A stretch of 64,000 bases of DNA. It comes from the human T2T-CHM13v2.0 reference genome, Homo sapiens. The stretch is from NCBI RefSeq assembly GCF_009914755.1, contig NC_060936.1. The stretch is one strand, 5' to 3'. Below are positions 53,788 through 64,000 of this stretch, one piece after another (the first letter of the stretch is position 1; each line of letters opens with the position of its first letter). Under the pieces are notes generated by a model. The model was not told where the DNA came from. It made no database searches and was given only the letters and a program-made list of their open reading frames with translations. A program made the translations under genes and the position numbers.

Positions 53788-54744
53788 CCACTTTTATTTC
53801 CACAGAGGACAAGAAATAGAGATGGAAGCCTATCAAGAGATGGTATCCAGGCCAAGCAGATGGCTCTTGTCAACAGTGCAATATACATAGATGTGCACAC
53901 TTGAAGCAATGCATTAACTTTAGACAATGTTCCTGGCTAACTGTGCTTTAATAACTATGTACCTTTGGAGACATGAAGTCAAGCTCATTGTTTAAAAACA
54001 CTGACTTATATATTCTCATCAGCATCTAGTTTTCCCTGTTCAAATCTGATTTGTCTAGAAACAGAGATTGTGCAGTGATACTGATATATGTCATTATACG
54101 CGATTTGCTTGTCAGACATTTTTGCTTGAAAAACATAAATTTTTCAGACAGTTAAGATCCAGAATGGACTTGCTAATATTTTATTCCCTGATAAACATTG
54201 ATAATTTCACTATCTACAAATAGAGTCATCAAGACAGATGCCCTTGGGTGACTGAAATCTCTCTGTATGACGTGTTATTTACTGGCTCAAGGGTCTTGAA
54301 AATGATTCTATTTTTTAAGTCTCTCATAGGTGAGCCATCACCCAGAAGCTACAGGCTGAATGGGGGATCTCATTCATTCCTCTGATAATTCTCTTTGCAG
54401 GTGGCAAAATGTGTGTGCCAAAGGCAGACTTTTTCCTATAAATCTTCACAAAATAATTTCAGAACCAAAAATAAAAAGCACATGTACATTCTTTTTTAAA
54501 ATAATCTTATTAAATCCTTTTCAAGTCCATGTATCTCTGAAATCCTATAGAAATTGTGGAAGTAACAAAGGTAAGAGAAGGGTTTTAATGTTGGTACTTG
54601 TAGAGCTAATTCTGGCAAACTAAGCTTTCAGCATAACTAGAACATCTCTAGGTTAATTGTATACTCCTTGAGGGCTGTGACTATATTTGTAGTATACTTT
54701 TCTTTGCTACGCCAAAACTATTTCCCCACTTCTGGTACTAGTTT

Positions 54745-55070
54745 CCTTATCTGATCAGGTTATTTAGTCACAATAAACAAAAACAAATTCTGCTACCTTA
54801 AGCAAAAATGATTTCATTTGAAAGTTAGAGAGTAACTCCCAGATGAAGGACTTGGCTTGAAAAAGCCAGAAATCAGGGAAGCTCTGTGAGTCCAGTTCCA
54901 GCACCTGAGAACTAACCCTTCAGGCTGCCATCATTGAGGAAAAATCAGCATTTTTGGCCTTTTTCTATTTTGCTCAGGATTCAGATTCCAAAGATAAGTC
55001 ATACAATTGCCTGTGCTTTGGCCTGTGTCCACTGTATAAGGGAAATCAGGACTGTGATGAACAATCCTTC
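54745..55070 (-). mobile_element. Old MLT1-like LTR fragment
   Basis: TCAGGTTATTTAGTCACAATAAACAAAAACAAATTCTGCTACCTTAAGCAAAAA. Confidence 0.45.
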
Positions 55071-56455
55071 CATGTTGTATCTGATAAGTAAATTGTTGTT
55101 ACTCAAAGTTAAAAGGGGTACTGTTAAAAAAAAAAAAAAGACAGACAAGCAGATGCTGGGGAGCAAAGAAAGGGAAGAAAAGTAAATGAGACAAATTCTA
55201 GGTAACCTGAGTGCCTCTCAAGAGGCTTGACATGTTTCTGTGGCATTCCCCAGAGGCCTAGGCACAAAGTCAGTGCAGAATGCAGATGTACCTGTTATAC
55301 TCGATATATACTTTATTGATTGGTTCCTATCACCACTCACTAGACTATTACCTCCATGTGTGTGGGGACTGTGTCTTTTATGTATTATAATATCCTCAAT
55401 GTCTAGCAGAGTATCTGGAACAGTGGGTCCTTAATAAATATTTCTAAAATAAATAAATAAATTTTAAAAGCTATCTCAATTATTTACATCATTTTTCTTT
55501 CCTTCCTCTTTGCACCTTTTTCCATCTCTTTCTATTCATTTTTCTCATTTATTCATTTTTTGGGTTCCTAGCTTTAGCCTGGGGCTAGTTTTTAGATCAC
55601 AGACATGAACACTCTTGAGTGTCCGCATTTTTAGAAACAAGAAAATCCATGGAGCCAAAGAGATTTACATGAATACCATGTCAGTGGCAGTATGGATTAT
55701 TTGATCAAATTTCCTATCATCTGAGTGAGAGAGTCTCTAGAATAATACATTTTTTAAAAATCAGCTTGTAAGCACATTAGAGGCTGTTAACAAAAATTTA
55801 CTCTCAGCAACTCACCACAGGTACACCACATTCTCCATATGCTTATAATACTCTCAGGATTCAGAAAATCTGTTTGTTATAGGAGATAGTAACTTGGAAA
55901 ACCCCTTTTATTGGAGAAACCCCAAGCCAGAAATACCATATAGATCTGATTTCTGAATTTGGCCTTTAATGCAGCTCAACTTGCTACATTAAAGAGAGCC
56001 AGAGGGAGAGAGAAATAATTACATTCTCGACAGTTCATCTAATAGTTCAAATTTTAATTTTATTTTCTTATTTGGAAAGATACACATTCCAAGGAACAGT
56101 CCTGTCACATAGCTGTTCACCAGTCTTCCAGTCACAAAGATCCTAACTAGCGTTTTGTACAGTTAACAGAATTCCATGGACCATCGCTGACACTTGGTGT
56201 GGCCTCTGTGTCTTGACAATGCAACTTCTATTTATGTCTAGGTTTACAAACACATGGGGTGAAATCCTAGGAGGAAGGCCAAGGGGAAATCTTCTTAAGA
56301 TAGCCTAATTCTTTGTCTTCCATCTTTGATATTTGCCAGATAATATGGGCCTTAGTTCACTTTGCAATTTTACTGTGTGGTGGATTGGGAAAACAAATCA
56401 TGGGAGGAAATGGTGAAAAAATTCAGCAACTTTAATAGACAGCACTAGGCTACAT

Positions 56456-56613
56456 CAGTACTTCTCAAGCTTTAATGTGCACACAAGTCACCTTGAGATG
56501 TTATTAAAAATGCAGATTCTGATTCTGTGGAGCTGGCCCAAGAAGCTGCATTTCTAACAAGCTCTTTTGTGGAGCAGCTGCCACTGGTTCAAAGACCTCA
56601 ATTTGAACAGCAA
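56456..56613. mobile_element. MER5A hAT-Charlie element
   Basis: CAGTACTTCTCAAGCTTTAATGTGCA..AAAATGCAGATTCTGATTC..CTGCATTTCTAACAAGCTC. Confidence 0.8.
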
Positions 56614-58373
56614 GAACCTGACTAATAAGTTCTGATCCATCCAAAGAATTATAAATTCATCTGCTTAAAATCTCCTTCTCCTTAAACTTTTGACACATAC
56701 TCCTTGCACACCCCAATTTTCCTTCAGACTTCAGACTGAAAATTAGCAGATACAAATAATTTCCTCTTCAATCCATCATCCCCACTTTTTTTGTCCCTGA
56801 GTTTCACATCCCACCCTCATTTTGCGTGAGCTATGAACCTAATGTTACAGAATTCTAATTTGCCTCACACCTCAAATGTAATATGAATTTGCAATTCTTC
56901 ATGAAAGTGTAGTGATACTTTATTCTTTTTATGATTTCTTTCTTAATAGAGTTCTCTTCACTTTTTATAGGTATAAGGGGCACCCTCAGTTATACATAGG
57001 GCATTATTTAAAATATTTCCTCTATTTGCATGAACAGTCAGCATGCCCCACAAGAAGAGCCATGATAGTTAGTCTGGTCATTTTTAAATTTCAACCCACA
57101 CTCACCGAGAGCAACAGAATCTCTGCTTAACTTTCAATTCTCCCATCTTTTACACCTATTAGGCAGCAGTACTTTTTCATCTCTGTTTAGAAATGGAGAT
57201 GACATTCCATCCACCAGCAAACTTCTTTCCACAATGCAAAGAAATCATTTCAAAGAGGCTCATTAGCTACTGCCAGGATTTGTGCTAACGTTGGGCTAAG
57301 ACAAAAAAAAAATAGAAAGAAAGAAAGAAAACAACTCTGCACAAGCTGCTGCCTTATCAGTTCACAGCATGTCCTTAGGAGATTTCCCCGAGTCCTTCTG
57401 GGACCAGAACAGTTAAGTTCATGACTCCTCCTGCCCTCTCTCCCAGAGTTGATTGATGGCATGCTGCTTTCTTCCCCTCCAAAGATGACGTTTGTCACCA
57501 GACAGGGGGATCAGAATTGTAATCCTTCTTAGATTCTGTTGAATCGGAGTTTAGTGCTTTGACCTTTGCAATGATACATATTTTTTGAATGACTGTATGT
57601 TCTATTTCTCCAGGGGATTTGAAGTAGTGGGGGCCAAGGAGCCGGTGTGGCGGGGGAGCGGTGCTGGAGGAGCAATCTGGAGTGATGGTGATGTGGTTTT
57701 TGACCTTCTAGACCAGAGATTTGTACTCTTGTGACTGAAGATATCCTGTGGCTATACAGATTAACATTGCAGAGGTTAAATGGCAAACCTGAATCGCATG
57801 TAGCAAGAAACTAGGGAATTTTTCAAGTCCAACCAATACTCTACTGAGGACAATGATCTCATCTATAACGGCTGCCTGGCACACCATGTCTGCCTAGACT
57901 GTTTTTCTCTATTTTATACCCTCTGCCCTAAGAGCCACACTGGGCTTCTCCAAATGCTAAGATGGGACATTATTTCATCCGATAAAAAGCCACCCAATAC
58001 CAGCAGAGGTTCAGCAAGGGGTAGACATGGTGACCCATAGATGCTCTTGTCACTATCACTGAGTAACATAAGCCAAGCTGGAGAACATAAAGCCACAACA
58101 TGGTACTACTAATTGTGTGCTCTTCTTATACTTCTTGATTCCTAGGTCTGACCTTGCAGGGCAAAACATCCAGAATCAGAGTCTAAACATTTGTCAGGTG
58201 CCACTCTGTACCTAGCACTGTCCTGGGCCTGGAAACGTCTCACAGGTTCCAGAGCCAGCTGGCCTGGGAGCTCACAGATCTTCCTTACCACAAGATCTTC
58301 AGTAATTCTGCTGTCTCTCCCATTAAAGGTATAAAATAATTTCTACCTCACACAATGTTGTAAGGGTTATAAC

Positions 58374-58425
<52 letters not shown>
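58374..58425. repeat. (TAGA)13 perfect tetranucleotide STR
   Basis: direct reading. Confidence 0.96.
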
Positions 58426-59489
58426 GTATATCTTAGAATAATATGAGCTATTTTTATCACGGATGTTACATTTCATTCTTATAACATTGAAGATAGACTT
58501 TGCTGCACCCATTTTACAAATGAGAAATCTGAGTCTCAGAGAGACATTGAGAGGAATTGCATTAACTTCCTCAAGTCGTTTAATGTCCTGGCATTAATAA
58601 ATCCAAAGTAAGATCTCCAGAAGGAATAAAGGACTTTGTAATAGTTCCAGAAGTTGCTGAATATTTCAGAACCCCAGCTTAGCAGTGTTCTATAAAACTA
58701 TTCTGTCATCGGCTATGTCCAGCTTTTGCTACTCAAGTTAAAGAAAATTTTTGTGCATTAATATCCAGGGTAAGCATTAATACCTATCCATCTTAATATC
58801 TTGCTCCATGTTCTCTAATAGACAAAATCTCCCAGACAGAAGTTACCCAGGGAAACACACAAAACATTGACAATGATTATTGTGTGTGGCCTGAATAGGA
58901 CCAGGGCTGAGCTTTGTTTTTCGTATTTGTTTATTTTTATTTACCCTGCTCAGCACCAACTCAGAGAATAAGTACCAACTTCACTGAGGATTCCCATACT
59001 TGCAAGGTAAGTCCAAAATTGCAAAATGAGTCTTGAGTGAATAGTAACATAAATACACCTGTAGAAACTTGGAAAAGTTAGGAAGGAGAAAGAAATAAGT
59101 TTGGTCCTAAGAAGTCCTTATTGGAATTTTGGCAGCAAAGTAAGAATTAAAATTAGGAATTGGGGCCCACTCCAAAGCTTGGGGTAACAGAATCATCACT
59201 GGGCTGTAGTTTGCAGTCCAGTCTCCTGGGCTCATATTCAATAGGTGATGATTGAGCTCCTGCTCTCTGAAACCCTGTGCTGGTAGTATTCTGGGAATAA
59301 GGAAATGAATCGGACACTGCCCCTTTCTCTCCTTGAGAGAGGGGTATCTGTTAGCCACATACCTATTATAAAATAGGGTCCTACCTTTCCAGTTCATCTC
59401 CCAGTCCTAGCCCACTATTTCTTAATGCTTCTATAAGCTTTTGCCACATAAACCAAGCCACCTGCTCTACTCCATGCTTCAGTTCAACA

Positions 59490-60030
59490 CATAGCATGGA
59501 ATTTGGAATGGCTTGGGCTGGACTGCTGGTTTTGTCATTCAGTAGTTGTATTACTTTGGGCAACCTGCTTAAACTCACTGAATTTCAGTTTCCTCATCTG
59601 AAAAGTGGGGTTTATAATACTCACTTCTTTAGAAAATTATTATGAGTATTAAAAATGGATTATAGCTGGGTACTATGACTCAAGACTGTAATCCCAACAT
59701 TTTGGGAGGCTGAGGTAGGAAAATTACTTGAAGGCAGAAGTTCAAGGCCAGCCTAAGTCACAATGCAAGACCCCATCTCTCCAAAAAGTTTAAAAAATTA
59801 GTTGGGCATGGTGGTGTGTGCCTGTAGTCCCAGCTACTCAGGAGGCTGAGGCAGGAGGATCACTTGACCCCAGGAGTTAGAGAGGCTGCAGTGAGCTATG
59901 ATTACACAACTGCACTCCAGCCTGGGCAACAGAGCAAAACCTTGTCTCAAAAGAAATAATGTGTTTGTGTTAATACAGTATCCAGTACCTATTAAAAGGT
60001 CAATACACGGTATACTTATCAATATATCTA
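59490..60030 (+). mobile_element. MIR split by an AluJ insertion
   Basis: TACTTTGGGCAACCTGCTTAAACTCACTGAATTTCAGTTTCCTCATCTGAAAAGTGGGG; continues after the Alu. Confidence 0.7.
59664..59957 (+). mobile_element. AluJ SINE
   Basis: GGAGGATCACTTGA..GAGGCTGCAGTGAGCTATGAT (J diagnostics). Confidence 0.92.
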
Positions 60031-60199
60031 CTGTAGTCAGGCTTTTGAGTAATTAATAATAATAAAACCAGTAATATATACCAGAAAAAAACAGACCATC
60101 TTAAGGAAATGGGGTTTATTTGAAAGATATAGCTGTATCCATGTCTGCACCCTGTCAGCTCCAAGCTCACATAAGCATTTTGTTACACAAATGACAGCA

Positions 60200-60440
60200 T
60201 GCAAGGTGGTTATAAGCTCTGAGCCTAGGGTCAGGATTTGAGTATCTGCTGCTTGACTCACAGGCTGGAGGGCTTTGAACACATGGCAGAACATCTCTCT
60301 GCCTCAGTTTCCTCAACTGTAAGATAAGGTCAATAATAGACCCAGTCTCCTGTGAGTGTCATGAGGATAAAACGACATCATTGTACAAAGGGCTTCTCAC
60401 CTAGCACCTAGCACAGAGCCTGTTTCCCATCAACGTTAGC
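60200..60440 (+). mobile_element. MIR SINE
   Basis: CTCTGCCTCAGTTTCCTCAACTGTAAGAT..GCACCTAGCACAG. Confidence 0.8.
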
Positions 60441-61008
60441 CCTGTCCAATTGTGCAAAGTTGCATTGCCTGGGATAATACTTGCTTGGAAGTAGAAAGTT
60501 CCAGAATGGAAGTATAAATCAAGTGCCCCTCAGAGTCGAGGTGGCGTTGATTATACATGGCTGGAGAGACCCAAAAAGACTCAGTCATTTCTCCTGCTTT
60601 AGCCCCACCCCCTGTGAATTAACAGAGCAGCTGGACGAGGTGGTCTCCTAAGGCAGGCAGCATGCCAGATTTCCTTTGATGTTAGGAAATGGCCTGGAGA
60701 ATATACATTTCAGACTTAGTTGTGGGAAAATCCTGTTTGGGTGAGTGGGGAGGAGGGTTGTGATGAGGATCAGAAAGAGGGGCCATGTGAGTGGTTCCTC
60801 CCTTAGACCATCCAACCCCCTCCCCTGGCCAACACAGCTCACATCATCAGCACCCTCATTGCAGTTCTGCTTATTGCTTTGCAGAAATAAGTTGAAACAC
60901 CCTTCAGCCAAAATGCAGAGTCTGTGACATTATCGAAAAGACAATATATTACCTGTACATTAAACCGTGTGGCCAGATTCTGGCCTGTTTTTTAGTTGCG
61001 ATGCAGGG

Positions 61009-61033
61009 AAAAAAAAAAAAAAAAAAAAAAAAA
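61009..61033. repeat. A25 homopolymer
   Basis: direct reading. Confidence 0.95.
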
Positions 61034-62399
61034 CAGGCCAAGTAGAAATCAGATTATAAGCCAACCTGTATAAAAACAAATGTCTAAGAGTGTAGACTGA
61101 CCCACTCTTGAAGAACAAGGCCCTCACAGAAGCAGAAACACAGGTCCTTCTCCCCAGCCTTCCCCAGGGCCACAGCGTCAGCTCATAATCTCTGCCTCCA
61201 TTACCTTTTCAGGTGTTTCCGGTGGTTTCACTTTTATTGTGATTCAAATGATTCCATGGTTCAATTCTATTGTTGTTCTGTGGACTGTGAGTAATGACAC
61301 ATTTTTAATGGCATCTTTTGGGCGCCTTTTCCTTTGATTTTTCCAGCTTAATGACATTATTGGGAGGGCTTTGGGGACTGTTATGCAGATGTACTTCCTG
61401 GTGAAGTTGCTGCTTCAGGAGAAGTCATTATTTTTTTGTGGCCCCCATAGGCCCTCAAGAGGCTGCTCCTACCAACGGCTTCCTGAGACAGTTACTTCAT
61501 GAAAAATATGTTATGTGTCAAATTAACTTCACAGTGCAGACCTCAGCTAAGCAGACCCAGGACATCTCCCTAACGGAACTTGAAAGGTACCCAGAGTTTT
61601 AATTAAAATCAAAAATGTAATTGTGCTTAGTTTACTCCTCAGAGATTATCCACAAAATAATACGAAGCTCTTGCCTTCCATTTCTGACAGAATAAATGAA
61701 ACTTGATTTGTTCCTCCCTGTAATGTTCATTACCAGGAAAACTACATTTTAATTGTTGTTGACAAATATTCTGATTTATGGGGTGCGTAAAATGGAACGC
61801 GGTCTAGATAGCGTGTGTCCACTTAACTTTTTCTTTGCAAAATGTTGCTTCAGGAAGCTGTGCTAGCTGTCTGTCACGGGTTTTCTTTAGGCCAAAGCAA
61901 ATTAAAGTAAATCACCAGATTGGATCTCGACTAGTAAAAAGAACCATCTGTTAGGGAAAGATGTGAGTGGTAGGCAACAGAGTCAGTACTTGCCAACACA
62001 CCGAGGGCGAAAAGATCAACTGGAAGAATGGCAGTGTCCAGGGGTTTCTAGCCAGAAACTGGTTCTCTTTCCAGCATCCAAATCATGCATTTTTAATTCA
62101 TTGCATGGCAAAAAGACAAGTCAGACACTAATTGGTGCCATAAAAGCAAATTCGCACCATACCAGAAACTGTTCAGCCGGGAGACTTTGCATCTCTCTCC
62201 ACACGGAGCATTTTGTATTCTGTTTAAAGTTTACAACTGAAACCTGAGGACATAGAGGTGGTTAAAGAATCCATTTAAATTGCAGGGGCCATTCATAATG
62301 CAAGTTTCACTAGAAGCACATTTGGAGGTAAACATGTAGGTGACCTTTTTCCAAAGTCAGAATATAGTAAGTAACTGGAGTATATGGAGGGTTTCAATT

Positions 62400-62553
62400 C
62401 ATATATACATACATATATACACATATACACACACACTATATATACACACACATACACACAATATACACACACACATATACAGTGTATTATACACACACAC
62501 ACATACACAGTGGGTGTGTATATATATATACACACACACAAATATACACATAT
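62400..62553. repeat. (TA/CA)-rich degenerate microsatellite
   Basis: direct reading. Confidence 0.9.
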
Positions 62554-62650
62554 AGTTTTTTGATATATGTGTACAATCTTTCAGACATTAATGATGTAAA
62601 ATATTTATTACCGTGTCAATAGTGTGTTGATTCTGATAGTGGGCATTTTT

Positions 62651-62820
62651 TTTATCATTATACTTTAAGTTCTAGGGTACATGTGCACAACGTGCAGGTT
62701 TGTTACATATGTATACATGTGCCATGTTGGTGAGCTGCACCTATTAACTCGTCATTTACATTAGGTATATCTCCTAATACTATCCCTTCCCCCTCCCCCC
62801 ACCCCCCAACAGGCCCTGGA
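62651..62820 (-). mobile_element. Young L1PA (PA3-5-like) 3' stub, ~170 bp
   Basis: TTAAGTTCTAGGGTACATGTGCACAACGTGCAGG; perfect 15-bp TSD ATAGTGGGCATTTTT at 62636-62650 and 62821-62835. Confidence 0.93.
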
Positions 62821-63797
62821 ATAGTGGGCATTTTTAATGTATGTGACTTTAAGGAAACCAGAATAACTATTGATTGCTTTTAACACTATATGTTAACCTA
62901 TACATTAATATCTTTGAGAATTATTAAGTGAAAGAAACTTAAGGCCCAGAGTGTTTCTTTCCACTAGGGGTTGTTAAGCTACAATAATACATAAAATTAC
63001 TGTTCTGTTTCCCTGCTCCTTGTCCTAGAAAAGGCAAAATGGATGTAATAGAGGGTCCCCAATGCCCCTAGTATGAAGGTAGGTGATTACACACTTTGCA
63101 TACTTTGGTTTCAAGATTTTTTTCCTGTGGCTGCTTTCTCAAACATACATCCTGACACACTTTGCTTTTTTGCATTTTTAGCTCAAAAAAGCTCTTTCAG
63201 GCATAATTAAATCATTTAATGTTCCTGAGTGTTATTTCCCTTTTTAAGAAATGCAATTTCATATCATTTCTTTAATTTGAACTCCTATTAGTGTTTCTGC
63301 CTTAAAATGTACCTGTCTTTATGAAGTTCCTGCAGGTATATTTCCAGCGCTTGGGATTTTAAGAAGTTAACTCACTACTGACCCCAGTGAAGACAGAAAA
63401 GGGCCAGACCATTAGATCTCACTAGTGTACTTTCTTTAGTGTGTTCTGAGATTTGAACATCACTGTGGGGACTCCCCATTACCTCTCAGGCCAGTTCCCC
63501 ATCCCTGCATCCTGGGGAGAGAACAAAATGATAATCAAGCCTTTTCTTAGATTGCCATTTGCAAGGTCCAAGTAGAAAAATGGAATTCCTCTGCTTCTAT
63601 GGCCTGAAATTTTTTCAAATCTTATGGCAAGGCTGGGGGAAAAGTTTTAAAATATTGGTTATAGAGACAGAAAGAGTGGTTGGGGGCCAGGAGGTACCAT
63701 GCACAGAATCTGGAGAAGAATTTGGTGATAACTGCTCAATTTGGCATCTTTACCAAAAATAAAGCACAAGTAGCTGTTGTATGAGTCTCCTTGGACT

Positions 63798-64000
63798 TGA
63801 TGTGGCTTGGTTCTGTGTCCCCACCCAAATCTCATCTTGAATCGTAAACCACATGATCCCCACGAGTCAAGGAAGAGACTTGGTGGGAGGTGATTGGATC
63901 AGGGGGCAAGGTTCCCCCAAGCTGTTCTCATGATAGTGAGTGAGTTCTCACAAGATCTGATGGTTTTATAAGGCAGTTTTCCCTGCTCTCTCTTGCAAAC
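63798..64000 (+). mobile_element. THE1C/D LTR, runs off window end
   Basis: TGATGTGGCTTGGTTCTGTGTCCCCACCCAAATCTCATCTTGAATCG. Confidence 0.88.

Noticed and set aside
60535-60550. Partial CTCF-like motif GTCGAGGTGGCGTT
   Set aside because: Lacks the 5' CCA/CCG core, so the match is too weak

Overview
Primate (most likely human) non-coding genomic DNA, either intergenic or deep intronic. It is AT-rich, CpG-depleted and dense in interspersed repeats: Alu J/S/Y, L1PA/PB/MA/ME, L2, L3, MIR, MaLR LTRs (MLT1, MST, THE1), MLT2, MER54 and LTR33 ERVL LTRs, and MER2/MER5 DNA elements. I see no host protein-coding gene, RNA gene, CpG island or CRISPR array. The only ORFs with recognisable products are transposon relics. 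One is a full-length, decayed HSMAR2 mariner (41250-43225, TA TSDs) carrying a nested THE1D LTR and an AluY. The other is a complete THE1B LTR-int-LTR provirus (45984-48301, TTCTT TSD) with a 262-codon open stretch of its internal ORF. The best structural observations are a twin-primed (5'-inverted) old L1MA with an internal microhomology deletion, a ~150-bp templated copy of local sequence 2 kb downstream, and a fold-back template-switch scar. There are also several well-formed + strand candidate exons downstream of the THE1B LTR, and two repeat-free blocks with PBX-HOX/MEIS/OCT motifs. I found no convincing novel biological system. Repeat subfamily names come from recall of consensus sequences, and boundaries of old repeats are approximate.
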